Of a DNA stretch of 64,000 nt, positions 37,767 through 48,742 are shown one piece after another. Below the pieces are notes generated by a model that saw only the letters and a list, made by a program, of their open reading frames with translations, ran no database searches and was not told the origin of the DNA. The DNA comes from Minisyncoccota bacterium (lineage in GTDB: Bacteria; Patescibacteriota; Minisyncoccia; Phycocordibacterales; UBA9973): the NCBI GenBank assembly GCA_036169735.1, contig JAVHNX010000051.1, positions 8,569-72,568 on the forward strand, given 5' to 3'. How positions within the stretch are numbered: the stretch's first letter is position 1; each line of letters starts with the position of its first letter. A program made the translations under genes and the position numbers.

Positions 37767-39608
37767 TTAATGCGGTGCTTCTGCCTCTGTTTGCAAGTCT
37801 TCTTTTGCTTTTTTGATAGATAGAATTTGGGATGGATCGGAAGTGATTATTTGGTCTTCGGTATAAGAAGCGATTATTTTAATCGCCACGTGTTTTAGTC
37901 CCGCAAAGAAGATACCCTCCCCCACTCCAGATTCTAAAAGAAGATATTTTTCTTCGTCTGTTAGGTTGAATGTTTTTTGTAGGATATCAATTGTTGTTGG
38001 AGATTGTTTTAGAAGAAGTTGAATAGATGAGTTGGAAACAATAGGAACACCATAAGGTGATTTCATAAAGTCAGCTGCGTCTTGAGTGATAGTAGAAAGT
38101 CCAAGATAGTATTTTCTGCCTCTTTTTGCAATAGAATATAAGAATGAAGCAGTATCTTCTGATTTCATCATCCACCATGCCTCATCAACGACAAGTAAAC
38201 GCTTTTTTAAATTTTTACGAATAGCATTCCAGATATAATGCATAACGATGTACATTGCAATCGGTTTTAGTTCATCTTCCATATCACGCACAGAGAAAAC
38301 CACAAATTTTTTATTTATGTCCACATTTGATGGTCTGTTCAAGAACGTTGCCCAAGAACCTCGAGTGTATTTGATAAGTCTTTGCACTACTGAGTCACTA
38401 CCTTCCATTCCTGAAAGAACCATTTCAAAATCGGAAAGAAGCGGTGGTTCGATATTTGAGAAATCTGATTCTGGGGTAATATCTTTTATTGCATAAGTCT
38501 CAGAAATAGCACGGTCAACCATAGAATCTTCTTCTGGAGTAAGACCACCGAGCATTAGACGGAAAAGACCGACAAGATTAATCGTGTTTGAACGTAATAC
38601 ATCCTCTGCTGTCTCGTCTTCACGAGGCATCGGCAAATCAAAAGGATTGATGTGGTGATCAGAAGAAAGAGAAATATTAAAATATCTTCCACCAACAGCT
38701 TCAGCCAAGAATTCATATTCTCGTTCTGGGTCGATAACAATAACATCTACATCAAACATCAATGATCTTAAAATTTCGAGCTTGATGGCATAAGATTTTC
38801 CTGAACCAGATTTTGCGAAGGTTACTGAGTTGTAATTTTCCAATGAAAATCGGTCGAAAATAACTAGACTGGAATTGTGTCGGTTGATACCATAAAGTAT
38901 TCCCTTATCTGAAGTTAAGTCGAAAGAAACGAATGGAAAAATACTAGAAAGTGGTTCCGAATTAAGCTTTTGGTGAATATTTAATAGGTCGTTCCCTATT
39001 GGGATGACACTCTTGAATCCTTCTTCTTGTTGGAATAGTGCTGGTTTAATATAAATAAGTTTTGATTCTAGAATTGATTTTATTTCATTCTCAACTTTGT
39101 AAAGTTCTAGTTCATTGTCGGCGTAAACTGTGATATACACACCTACATCAAACATCTTTTCTTGTGCTTGCATTAAATTATCTCGAAGACTTTCAAGATC
39201 TTGAAACGCAATATCCAACATCGGATCGCGTACCATTCCTTTGGATTCTCGAGTAGAAATCTGACTTTGTACTTCCGCTACTTTTTTCTGAAATTCACGG
39301 AGTGCGATTGAAGTGTCTATTGGGTGGATAAAAATAGAAACATCAAAGATCTTATCCAAGTTAATAATAGGAGAAAACCAATTGTCTGTCAGGAATCTTG
39401 GGTAAGATATGATAAAAAATGTTCGCGCGATTTTGTCTCCCAGGTTTATTGATTTTGGTTCTATTTTTAGGGCTGACGGTGCGATAACATCTTGGAGTTC
39501 GAGTGTTGCTGATTCGTATATTTCTTCAGGTAGTACGGATAAAATAGAAGCACTAGCATTGCTTCCTTGATTTTTCTTTTTTCCAAATAATGAATCAAAA
39601 ATACCCAT
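37767..39608 (-). CDS. virB4: VirB4-family ATPase
   Basis: AKSGSGKS, VIDPEREY, INPFD, VVDEAW, RGRKY..TITQ. Confidence 0.92.
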   Translation of the reverse strand: MGIFDSLFGKKKNQGSNASASILSVLPEEIYESATLELQDVIAPSALKIEPKSINLGDKIARTFFIISYPRFLTDNWFSPIINLDKIFDVSIFIHPIDTSIALREFQKKVAEVQSQISTRESKGMVRDPMLDIAFQDLESLRDNLMQAQEKMFDVGVYITVYADNELELYKVENEIKSILESKLIYIKPALFQQEEGFKSVIPIGNDLLNIHQKLNSEPLSSIFPFVSFDLTSDKGILYGINRHNSSLVIFDRFSLENYNSVTFAKSGSGKSYAIKLEILRSLMFDVDVIVIDPEREYEFLAEAVGGRYFNISLSSDHHINPFDLPMPREDETAEDVLRSNTINLVGLFRLMLGGLTPEEDSMVDRAISETYAIKDITPESDFSNIEPPLLSDFEMVLSGMEGSDSVVQRLIKYTRGSWATFLNRPSNVDINKKFVVFSVRDMEDELKPIAMYIVMHYIWNAIRKNLKKRLLVVDEAWWMMKSEDTASFLYSIAKRGRKYYLGLSTITQDAADFMKSPYGVPIVSNSSIQLLLKQSPTTIDILQKTFNLTDEEKYLLLESGVGEGIFFAGLKHVAIKIIASYTEDQIITSDPSQILSIKKAKEDLQTEAEAPH

Positions 39609-39664
39609 ATTTATTAGTATATTATAACTTAAAAACTTAAAAGCTGAAAGCCAAAAAATTCTTA

Positions 39665-40309
39665 CTACTTTGTTTCTAGTTCTATTTTACCTTCAATTTC
39701 TCCTGGGTTGAATACTTTGTAGAATACTTCTACTACTTCTTCTGTTCCTAGTTGAGCAGATTTTACACCACAACGAGCAAGACCTTGCTGAATAACACTC
39801 ACTCTTTGTTCGAGCTGAGACCTCTTTTCTTCAAAATCGATTTGTTCTGCGGCTCTTGCTTCTTCTTTGTTTTTTCTTGAAAAAATACCTGAAAAAAATC
39901 CCGCATCAGCTTTAAAAGCTGTCGCAGTATAAGGCACAACAACAAAAAAGCTTTTAGTCATTATACTCACAGTCTCTGTAAAATTTTTAATGAATTCAAT
40001 ATATTCTCTTGTTTGTAGTTTTAACAATGGTTCATTTTGAACTTTCATTCTGTTTTCTAAAAGTAAAAGGTAAGGCCTAATATCAAGTTTTCTTGATTGG
40101 ATTGATATTTGAACAGAAAAGTCTATGGTATTCAAGAAGTTTTGAAACTGAAGAATCGTCGCTCTTTGTTCGTCAAATGATTTCAAAGACAGGTTCGTGG
40201 AATTAGCCAGAACAATAGCTCGAAGTCCCCCGTCTTTTAGAACGATCATACCATCTCGGACTTCTTTGATGGGGACAAACTCTTGAGTTGCTTTTGCTGA
40301 TAATGCCAT
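39665..40309 (-). CDS. VirB4/TraC N-terminal-like T4SS component
   Basis: ATQEFVPIKEVRDG.IVLKDG, NLSLKS..EQ, FQNFLN; directly upstream of virB4. Confidence 0.7.
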   Translation of the reverse strand: MALSAKATQEFVPIKEVRDGMIVLKDGGLRAIVLANSTNLSLKSFDEQRATILQFQNFLNTIDFSVQISIQSRKLDIRPYLLLLENRMKVQNEPLLKLQTREYIEFIKNFTETVSIMTKSFFVVVPYTATAFKADAGFFSGIFSRKNKEEARAAEQIDFEEKRSQLEQRVSVIQQGLARCGVKSAQLGTEEVVEVFYKVFNPGEIEGKIELETK

Positions 40310-40341
40310 ATACTAATTATAAATTAAAATTAAAAATTGTC

Positions 40342-40791
40342 TTATTTTTCTTCTTTTTTTGTATCTAAAACATCCAGACTCCAAGCTAAATCTTTTAATT
40401 TACTCCCACCCAATCTTGGTTCAGTTATACCAGGATAATTTGTTCCTTGTTTCAACATTTGTGTTTTTGTTTCTGCGGCCATTCTTTCTTGTGCTTTAGT
40501 TTCTGTACTTTTTCTTCTTCTTTTCCAAATATAAAGTTTGTCTTGGAAAGCATATTTGAAACCGGCTTCTAGCATATATATAAAAGGTTTATTGTTTGGT
40601 CGGTAGAATGTGAGCATACCGGCAAACCCTCCTACTAAAATTATCGGGATTATACCCCAAAGAAGTCCGATTAGTTTATAAATAACAAAACACAAACCTC
40701 CCCCACCCACAAGGTAAACGAATTCCCTAAAAGTGAATGGTCCAAAGATTTTGTCCTCTATATCTAAAAATTGTGGGACTTTGAATTGCAT
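40342..40791 (-). CDS. PrgI-family (VirB3-like) protein
   Basis: MQFKVPQFLDIEDKIFGPFTFREF, two TM segments, YIWK. Confidence 0.88.
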   Translation of the reverse strand: MQFKVPQFLDIEDKIFGPFTFREFVYLVGGGGLCFVIYKLIGLLWGIIPIILVGGFAGMLTFYRPNNKPFIYMLEAGFKYAFQDKLYIWKRRRKSTETKAQERMAAETKTQMLKQGTNYPGITEPRLGGSKLKDLAWSLDVLDTKKEEK

Positions 40792-40803
40792 ATTGATTAG
40801 TTT

Positions 40804-41553
40804 TTATTCTGCGGCCTCTCTATAAGGGTCTACTTTGATTGTTCTTGGAGTTGTGGGTAATTGTGAAGTTGGTATTGATGGTAATGGTGCAGGAGTAGGT
40901 GTCGTAGGTAATCCTGTTTTAGAAATATTTTGCAGAGAATATTCTGTTGTTTTGCTTGGTATTTGGAAAGAACCAGATAGTTTCGATAGAATCACAGCAG
41001 GTACTACTTCTTTTTGGACCTCAGTTAGATTTGGGATTTTAGTTGGAGTGTTTGCAAAATTTGGTTTTTCTAGTTTGGCTAGGATGTCTTCTATTTTTTC
41101 AGCTGGTTTCTCAATGTTGTATCGTATTTCTTCTTTTGGTTCTACAGTTTTTATTTCAGCTGGTTTTGATATTGGCATACTTTCTATTTTTTTTGTTTCT
41201 ACTTCAGTTTCAATCACAGGCTGTTCACCGAGTGGTGTATTCATCAATTTTAGTAACTCACGAATAGCCAAAAATACTTTTTCATTTATTTCTCCAACGA
41301 TAGCTGCACCTTTTACAGGGTCTATTTTAAGTTCGCTAATGAGTTCTGTTTCAAAGTTTTTTGTTTGAGTCAGACCCATCATCACAAGGGTTGTTTCTTG
41401 TTCAAGAATACCCATTTGTTCAACAGTTAACTGGTACCTTTTTCCAATTTCAAATAGAGTTTCTTGATAGTTGGAAGAAAGGATAACCTCTTGAATAGTT
41501 TTAGGTAAAGAATCAAACTTTTCTTTTATTATTTTTTGTGTGTTGTCGTCCAT
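40804..41553 (-). CDS. Conserved hypothetical protein of the T4SS cluster
   Basis: Helical N-terminal domain (LPKTIQEVI..IGKRYQL..EQ), Pro-rich linker, C-terminal DPYRE. Confidence 0.75.
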   Translation of the reverse strand: MDDNTQKIIKEKFDSLPKTIQEVILSSNYQETLFEIGKRYQLTVEQMGILEQETTLVMMGLTQTKNFETELISELKIDPVKGAAIVGEINEKVFLAIRELLKLMNTPLGEQPVIETEVETKKIESMPISKPAEIKTVEPKEEIRYNIEKPAEKIEDILAKLEKPNFANTPTKIPNLTEVQKEVVPAVILSKLSGSFQIPSKTTEYSLQNISKTGLPTTPTPAPLPSIPTSQLPTTPRTIKVDPYREAAE

Positions 41554-41587
41554 GTTTTTATTTTATTATTAATAATCGACTTTAATT

Positions 41588-44461
41588 TTAATGTGCGTGT
41601 CCTCCTCCACCTCCCGCTGGTGCTGCGTGTGTATCTGCAGTGTGTGTGGCAGCATGTGAATCATTTACTTTTACATCTACTTCCACATGTTTTGTAAGAT
41701 CTTCTACTTTATGTTTATCTTCTTTACTCATCTTCTTCAGTGCATCTAGAAGAGATTTATCTTTACTAATTCCTTTTCGTACAGCTGCTACAACTTCAGG
41801 ATTTGTTTTGTGAATTTCACTGAGTGAATAACCTCCGATTTCCACATGAGAAACAGCTTTCTTTAGAGCACTCAAGAATCCTCCACCCACAACTGCACCA
41901 ACGATTAATGGAGCTGCCATTCCTCCTGATCCGACTATTGCTGCACCAGCTAATGTCTTATTGGTTTTTGTATCCATTTTCTTCATACTGTCATTCCAAT
42001 CAGCCCAAAAGCCTTTTATTGCAGATTTATCATGATCCTTTTTTGCTTGATCTTCCAAACTAACGGCATACGATTCTCTTCGTTCTGCATTTATTTTCTT
42101 AGAATCTTTTTCTTCCACTGCCCCCTTAATGTCTTTGGCTTTTGCTCCTTCTTCATTTCCTTCTGTTAGACCATAACTACCAAGGTCTTTCCCTTCTTCA
42201 TGATAATCTTTTTTAAATTTCTTTTTGAACCCTTCTTCATCAAATGACACAAGAGGTGGAGGAGGTGGAGTTCCTGCTTCATATTCTTCTTTAAACTTCT
42301 TTTCATCAAAAGCCTGTTTAACTTCAAAAGGCTTTGTTGGTTTAGCTGCTTCGGCTGCTTTTGCTGCAGTCATTTGTTTAGTATATTCATTTTTCCATTT
42401 CTCATTGTCTCCTGCGAGTGCTGCAGTTGCTGTAGTCTTGGCATTTTCTACTGCTTGTTTTTCATCACCTGTATAAGCAGCTTTTTGGTCACTAGCTTTT
42501 TTATCTTGTTTTTGTGCAGCAGCTCCGGAGATTTCATAAGTTGCCATTGTCTTTTGCGCTTCTTCTTTTTCGTGTTCAAGCTGAGCCTTCATACCACCCT
42601 TGAGGTTTGCAGTACCGACTCCCATTGTGCCAGTTCCCTTATCAAGATTTAAACCAGTTGCTCCACCGAATTGTTTTCCTATATCAGTCTGTCGGAAATC
42701 AAAACTCTTACTTGCTGTCTTGTTTGCTGCAGCTAGTTTCTTTTGTGCGTCGGCTTGTGCTTTTTTCTGACCAGCAATATCGTCTTCTTTTATTCCTGCT
42801 CGGGCAAATGCTGCTTTGTCTCCAGATGCCATTGATTTTAGATTGTCGTCATTGGCAACTCCTAAAGCTTTCTTACCTACAGTGTTACGCATAGCCATCG
42901 CTGCTCCTCCTGTCGCCACACCTAATGCAAGTCCTGTAACAGCTGATCCTGCTTTAGTTATCGCCTCTCCAATATCACCTGAGTATTCTACTGCGAGTTT
43001 CTTTGCCTTTTGTAGAAGAAGGAAAATAATTAGGAAAGGAACAACAACTCTCATCATTTTGTCTAATACACCATCATTGGTTGCAACATTATAAGCAATA
43101 AGATTAAATGACTTACCAAGTAAAAGTATTACATAAAGGAAAAAAATAAAAAGTGGTGCCATGAAAGCTTGTTTCAAAAGATCATCCCACCATTTTTTGT
43201 GTCCTACACCAGGAATATCAAACGGTAATGTGTAAGAGGCGAAGGCTATCGGTGCCATAATCATTGCGACCCAAAGCCCTGCGACTCGTCCGACAAACAA
43301 AAGAGCCACTGACATAAAAATATATATCATGTATACCATCAGTATGATTGATATCAGGATTATTATAAGTGTCATTCCAGGTTGACTTGCTTTGTCTGCT
43401 ATTACGGTTTGTGGGTCAAAAGTATTAACCAAGAGCACTGTGATGGATTTTTGCCCAGCTCCACCAGCTGGTAATATCTCTCCGTTGGCTCCTTTGGAAT
43501 CGATATGATTATAAAAAACTTTTGCCAGGATATTTGATCCATCGATTATTACTTGAGTAAAAAACATACTGAAATTTATTAGAAGAGCGACGATGACTAT
43601 CGTTGCTATCATTTTCTTTCCCCCATGCCCTCCTAACCCTAAAATAGTTTGTATTGCGACATAGAGCAAAGCAATAATAAAAAATATATTAGCAATATCT
43701 CGTACTGTCGCCCAAGCTGAACCGATAAAACTTCCAGAATAAGAAGTACTAAGAGTCGAGTAGTAAATAAAGAAATCAAGAATTGAAGCAGCGAATTTTG
43801 TTACCCAAGAAATAGGTGTCCAAATTAAATAATAAATTGCTCCAACAATACACTGCTTAAACCAAGTGAACATGCTTAAGCCACAGCCAAAACTATCGTC
43901 TATTGTTGCACCAGTACTTCCTCCGGAGTTTACTGGGTTGTTATCTACTGAAGTTGGTGTTGTTGTACTGGCTGTATGAAATGTTGTATTTAGTATTTCT
44001 AAACCACCTTTGTATTTTATTTTTAACCAATACTGTGTATCTGGTAATAGATCAACATCATTACTATTACTAAAATTCTTACCAAAAAATAAAACAACAT
44101 CTCGCATAGTACCTCCCTGGACACCTGCTTCTGCTGAAGTGATCATTTGTGTAGGGTCATTTTGAGTTCCATTTAAATACAACTCACCTAATATTGTTTT
44201 AGTATTCTCTGTATCAAGATTGTTGAAAGCCGAAAGATGAACTTTGGCCATATTTAAATTTTTTTCTATTACACCTAAAATAAAACATGGTGTTGCTGAG
44301 CCTATATCACATGCAGCTGGTGTCTGTGCTAAAGCTGTATTTACTTTTGGAACGATAGCTAAATTACCTTCATTATTTTTTTGAAAACTAGCACTGACAG
44401 GCGCTAGAAAAATAGCGACCATCACTGCTGATAAAATAATTTTTGTGAAAATATTCTTCAT
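41588..44461 (-). CDS. VirB6/TrbL-like polytopic membrane protein with long charged tail
   Basis: W.TVRDIANIFFI, ALLINFSMFF, GRVAGLW...APIAF, WW..L...FMAP. Confidence 0.8.
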   Translation of the reverse strand: MKNIFTKIILSAVMVAIFLAPVSASFQKNNEGNLAIVPKVNTALAQTPAACDIGSATPCFILGVIEKNLNMAKVHLSAFNNLDTENTKTILGELYLNGTQNDPTQMITSAEAGVQGGTMRDVVLFFGKNFSNSNDVDLLPDTQYWLKIKYKGGLEILNTTFHTASTTTPTSVDNNPVNSGGSTGATIDDSFGCGLSMFTWFKQCIVGAIYYLIWTPISWVTKFAASILDFFIYYSTLSTSYSGSFIGSAWATVRDIANIFFIIALLYVAIQTILGLGGHGGKKMIATIVIVALLINFSMFFTQVIIDGSNILAKVFYNHIDSKGANGEILPAGGAGQKSITVLLVNTFDPQTVIADKASQPGMTLIIILISIILMVYMIYIFMSVALLFVGRVAGLWVAMIMAPIAFASYTLPFDIPGVGHKKWWDDLLKQAFMAPLFIFFLYVILLLGKSFNLIAYNVATNDGVLDKMMRVVVPFLIIFLLLQKAKKLAVEYSGDIGEAITKAGSAVTGLALGVATGGAAMAMRNTVGKKALGVANDDNLKSMASGDKAAFARAGIKEDDIAGQKKAQADAQKKLAAANKTASKSFDFRQTDIGKQFGGATGLNLDKGTGTMGVGTANLKGGMKAQLEHEKEEAQKTMATYEISGAAAQKQDKKASDQKAAYTGDEKQAVENAKTTATAALAGDNEKWKNEYTKQMTAAKAAEAAKPTKPFEVKQAFDEKKFKEEYEAGTPPPPPLVSFDEEGFKKKFKKDYHEEGKDLGSYGLTEGNEEGAKAKDIKGAVEEKDSKKINAERRESYAVSLEDQAKKDHDKSAIKGFWADWNDSMKKMDTKTNKTLAGAAIVGSGGMAAPLIVGAVVGGGFLSALKKAVSHVEIGGYSLSEIHKTNPEVVAAVRKGISKDKSLLDALKKMSKEDKHKVEDLTKHVEVDVKVNDSHAATHTADTHAAPAGGGGGHAH

Positions 44462-44517
44462 TAGATGTTATAAATAATTATAACATTGTTTTTAACAAAA
44501 AGCCTTTAATAACTTTT

Positions 44518-46185
44518 TTATTTTTTGAAATAATACTCATACCCACTGGTGTTTTTCAAGCCAGAAGTTAAATTTTGGATATTTATGATTCTTGAGTTGT
44601 AATATTCATAAACGGTAATCTTATTGGCAACAACTTTGATTTGATAAGCAGCAATATCGGGTTGACTGACGCGTACTTCTTTACCACTTGCACTGACATA
44701 ACCGAATACTTTTGCGAAAAAGTCCGCGAGTGTCCAAGCAAAAGATGTAAGGTTCTCCCCTTCTTGATAACCGTATAGTTTTGCTAGATTTTTGTCAGCG
44801 ATTATTTGTCGAGCGAAAACTGTCTCGATACCTTCATGATAATGTACAGTGGCGTCTCCTGGTGGAGTTGCGATTGTACCTATTGTTAAAGTTGTTGTCG
44901 TTGTTGTGGTTGTTCCAGTACCAGTTCCAGTGCCTCCACCACCATTTGGATCTACACAATTAGGATAAGTACCTTCCCATCCACTCGGACAAACACCATT
45001 GTTATTATTTGGACCAACACAGTTAGGATAAGTACCAGTCCATCCACTTGGACAAATGTTACCGCCACCACCATTTGGATCTACACAATTAGGATAAGTA
45101 CCTTCCCATCCACTCGGACAGTTGGTGGTATCAATCAAACCATCTCCCCCATCAGTTGCTCTAGTTTTAAAACTTAAAATTCCTCCGTCAAAAGTTTGAA
45201 CACCATCAGCTGTCTCTGCCTTGAATACATAATTATATTTTGTGTTTGGTGTTAATCCAGTTAAAGGGAAAGTCATAGTTCCAAAAGTATTAGCTGCATG
45301 AGTTTCATCGCCTACTCTCGTCCATGGTGACGCAGGATGTGCTTCACCTATTGTATTTACGTTTGATAAAGTTCCATAAGTATAAGAGTTATTTTGTGCA
45401 TTAAGCAATGCAGATAATGCTTGGGAATTCATACCTATTGTTCCTTGATTAACAGTGTTTATTGTGTTGGTGTTGTATTGTGTATTGAGTATAGAGGGTT
45501 CTAGTTGAGAATTCATACTTACTGGGTTCATATTTAAAGGATTAGTATTGTTTTGTGTATTAAGTAACGTTGCTACTTGAGCATTAACACTAGCCGTTGC
45601 TTCGCTGATAGCTGCGTTGGGATTAAAAACAAAACTAGTGTCTTTTTTATACTCGAAATAAGTATTAACAGAATCTACAGATCTGTACGATCCTCTTATA
45701 TCGGTTGATGTTGTGTCTATATTTGATGCATTGATTGTCGTTGCGACAGTTTGGGCACAAGTTGGACATGGATCGGTTGTAAAACTTTTAACTTCTCCGT
45801 ATACAATTGATTTCTTGTTTGAAACAATACTGCAGTAATGATAAGTTGTGCTTGGTTCTAAATCGGTTATATGTTGACTAAAAGATTGTGCTCCACCATA
45901 TTCATTAAAATTTTTAATATCTTTGGTTGATACCATATTATTTCCATAAATTTCATTACAAAAAACAGGAGCTATCTCTGTATCAGAATATCTGAAATAT
46001 GCAGTTGTTGTTAGTCTTGGATTTAAACTTAAATCTGGTGACACTGTTCCGTGAAGTGTAGCTTCTGTGTCAGTGACAATATCCGCACCACCAGTAGTGA
46101 CAGCGAGAGCAGCGAGAGAAATACCCGGCTTGAAAAATACAAGGGATAATATGATTATAAGTAATATTGTTTTTATGTTTTTCAT
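44518..46185 (-). CDS. Secreted protein with FN3-like units and Cys-rich repeats
   Basis: Signal peptide; DLEPSTTYHY and GLTPNTKYNY; three CPSGWxGTYPNCV repeats. Confidence 0.75.
   Translation of the reverse strand: MKNIKTILLIIILSLVFFKPGISLAALAVTTGGADIVTDTEATLHGTVSPDLSLNPRLTTTAYFRYSDTEIAPVFCNEIYGNNMVSTKDIKNFNEYGGAQSFSQHITDLEPSTTYHYCSIVSNKKSIVYGEVKSFTTDPCPTCAQTVATTINASNIDTTSTDIRGSYRSVDSVNTYFEYKKDTSFVFNPNAAISEATASVNAQVATLLNTQNNTNPLNMNPVSMNSQLEPSILNTQYNTNTINTVNQGTIGMNSQALSALLNAQNNSYTYGTLSNVNTIGEAHPASPWTRVGDETHAANTFGTMTFPLTGLTPNTKYNYVFKAETADGVQTFDGGILSFKTRATDGGDGLIDTTNCPSGWEGTYPNCVDPNGGGGNICPSGWTGTYPNCVGPNNNNGVCPSGWEGTYPNCVDPNGGGGTGTGTGTTTTTTTTLTIGTIATPPGDATVHYHEGIETVFARQIIADKNLAKLYGYQEGENLTSFAWTLADFFAKVFGYVSASGKEVRVSQPDIAAYQIKVVANKITVYEYYNSRIINIQNLTSGLKNTSGYEYYFKK
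44935..45120 (-). repeat. Coding tandem repeat CPSGW(E/T)GTYPNCV x3
   Basis: Copies 1 and 3 are identical at DNA level over ~55 bp. Confidence 0.85.
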
Positions 46186-46188
46186 ATT

Positions 46189-48663
46189 TTAGTAAATTTT
46201 TATGCCTTTGCTTTCAAATGTTGGTGGGTCCATATAGGCACCACTTCTGCAAGTCATTACACTTATACCTCTACAAAGAAAATTGTCTGGAACGACGTTA
46301 GTATAGGCAGCCGTTACATTGAAAACACCAGTAAGAAATGAAGGTAATGACTGGTTAGTAAATGCCTGTTTGTTTGTTTGCGAATAAGGAAGGTTTGTGT
46401 CAGGAGAGATTGTTGAAAATTGTATACCAGGTATCTCTGGAATAGGGTGATCTGGAATTTCTATATCAACACCCATATTGTAATCATATAAATGAGGTTC
46501 TTGATAAGAAGGCCTTGTTAGAACCCAAAATCTCCAGTCAGTCCTGGCTCTCCATGTGGTCTGTAGTTCTTGCTCACAACCACTTGGCCCCTTTAGGAGA
46601 TTATCCCAAACGTAATTTCTTTCTGCTTTTGCTTGTTCATACAAACCATTAATGTTGGCTATGTCATCCCCGGTTTTTAAGTTCTGTGAGATTCTCGCAA
46701 ATTGTTTTATTACAAAACTGGTCGGGGAAAAATCAGTATAAGTACCATTGTCGATGCCTTTTTTTAATGTTTGAAGTTTTGTAATATTTTCGTTTTGAAA
46801 AATAATTTCTGATTTATTGTCTTCTATCAATTGTTGATAGCCTATAACTTTATTAAATTTTTCAACTGATTCTCTCCAAGTAAATGGCATAAAATTACCG
46901 TCTTTATAATATTTGTCAATTGTTGTTTTGTAGGCATTAAATGTTCCATCTAAAAAGCTAATTCCTGCTTCTTTTGTAATTTTACTAGTATCAGCACCAA
47001 ACCCAAATATCATATTAGTAACCCTTTGAAATGAAATTTGTACAACAGTTGAGATTACATCGTCTGCATACTCAGAAGGTGTATCTGAACGGGTAAGAAA
47101 ATCCTCAACATCTGTAATTTCAGCTAAGATTGAATCTTCGGTTGTCTGAAGGCTTTCTCTTGAATCACTCTCCCATCCTGGATGGGGTCCAGGCATACAA
47201 TAATCTAATTGATAAATTGTTCTATTTAAGGCATCTAATTCCTTGTCATACCATTCTAACTTAGATACATAAGTCCTCTGTTGGTCTACTAGAGCTTGGG
47301 TAACATCAGTATGAATATTGAAATCAGGATTTTCAGAAAGCCAGAATGTATTTCCACTTCCGAGTGGAAAATCTTGTTCTACTTGAGTTTGCCCGTCGAT
47401 TCCACTAGTACCACTATAATCAAATTGATCATTTGGGTTTGATGGAGACATACTAGCCAAACCTTGATTCATAAGCTCTCCTCCCCATTTGCTTATTGCT
47501 GCATCCAATATAGCTGCGATAGCATCATTGAGATCTGTTACAGAAAGAAGTTGATCTTTTTTGTCGTCCATTAATTTCGTAGCAGCTTGCGCTATCATTC
47601 CTCCTGGTGTGACATACTCCCATTTCGCACAGATATTATCCTTATTCCACTTGTCGTAATCAGAAGTGCCTGGTACTAAATTCCGATTACCTTCAGATAC
47701 AAGAGCTTGTTTTTCTGTTTGTCTAGTTATTTCATGATTACTAGCACACTGTTCTTGCCCCAAGAAACCCCCAGCTTCTTTTAATGCATCACGAACATTT
47801 TGCGCAGCTGTTTGTACAGTACCTTCTAGCCTTGCTTGTAGTTCATTTGAGGCTTGTAAATTGAAACCAATTGGATTATTGGCCGGTACTTGTGTTAATG
47901 CACTCCAGGCGTTCCATCCTCCGGCAGAGAAATCTGTAGTAAAGCTAAGGCTTGTGTATTCTGGTGTGGTATCTTGAATAACTTTATTTAAAGAGTATTG
48001 AGCATTTTGTGCAAAATGATTCTTTAGAGATAGAGCTTGATTTTGCATAAATGCTCGTCCAAAAGGATACAGTGTTGTGTTGCTTATTTCTGAGTTGAAT
48101 TTTAATATTTCATTTTTAGCTATATCTTGGAAGTAAGTTTGTCTGTCTTTGGGCCAGAATGATTCTCCAAAGTTTCCGGTGTTGATCCAGTTCACGGTGC
48201 TTTCAGTTAATGTCTTGATTAACATTTTAGCAATCATTTTACCAACGCTGTCTAAACAAAGTTTATTACTTGCAACAGTATCTGTTGTTTTTTTAGTTCC
48301 CGCTGTACTTATTTCTGTTTTAATTGTTGCTTTATCAACAATCTTATTATTTATTGATACTGACAATGCCATATTCCCTGCTGTTTCCCCTGCTGAGGTT
48401 AAGGTACTACCACTACCAACGCTACTAGAAAATAAACCCTTTATTGCATTTATGCCTTTACCTATTCCGTCTTTTAATACTTGTTTACATCCTTGTAACT
48501 TTGGTATCATTGGGGTCGCTAGTTCCATATAGTAACTGAGATCTTGTTGTCCTGAATTAAATTGGGCGTAAGCATTTTGGGCTGTACCGAAATATGGCAC
48601 TAAAATTGCTCCTACTAAAAGAAATGAAATTATAGATTTTTTGAAATATTGTTTATGTTTCAT
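46189..48663 (-). CDS. Large secreted hypothetical protein of the T4SS cluster
   Basis: Signal peptide; T.STVNWINTG, GGW.AW, N.IG, TPG motifs. Confidence 0.75.
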   Translation of the reverse strand: MKHKQYFKKSIISFLLVGAILVPYFGTAQNAYAQFNSGQQDLSYYMELATPMIPKLQGCKQVLKDGIGKGINAIKGLFSSSVGSGSTLTSAGETAGNMALSVSINNKIVDKATIKTEISTAGTKKTTDTVASNKLCLDSVGKMIAKMLIKTLTESTVNWINTGNFGESFWPKDRQTYFQDIAKNEILKFNSEISNTTLYPFGRAFMQNQALSLKNHFAQNAQYSLNKVIQDTTPEYTSLSFTTDFSAGGWNAWSALTQVPANNPIGFNLQASNELQARLEGTVQTAAQNVRDALKEAGGFLGQEQCASNHEITRQTEKQALVSEGNRNLVPGTSDYDKWNKDNICAKWEYVTPGGMIAQAATKLMDDKKDQLLSVTDLNDAIAAILDAAISKWGGELMNQGLASMSPSNPNDQFDYSGTSGIDGQTQVEQDFPLGSGNTFWLSENPDFNIHTDVTQALVDQQRTYVSKLEWYDKELDALNRTIYQLDYCMPGPHPGWESDSRESLQTTEDSILAEITDVEDFLTRSDTPSEYADDVISTVVQISFQRVTNMIFGFGADTSKITKEAGISFLDGTFNAYKTTIDKYYKDGNFMPFTWRESVEKFNKVIGYQQLIEDNKSEIIFQNENITKLQTLKKGIDNGTYTDFSPTSFVIKQFARISQNLKTGDDIANINGLYEQAKAERNYVWDNLLKGPSGCEQELQTTWRARTDWRFWVLTRPSYQEPHLYDYNMGVDIEIPDHPIPEIPGIQFSTISPDTNLPYSQTNKQAFTNQSLPSFLTGVFNVTAAYTNVVPDNFLCRGISVMTCRSGAYMDPPTFESKGIKIY

Positions 48664-48742
48664 TTTTTTTGTTTATGACTTAGCCATAAATTTATTAATT
48701 AGAATCATACTTGGTTCATCTAGCCCGCTTATTATATCACTT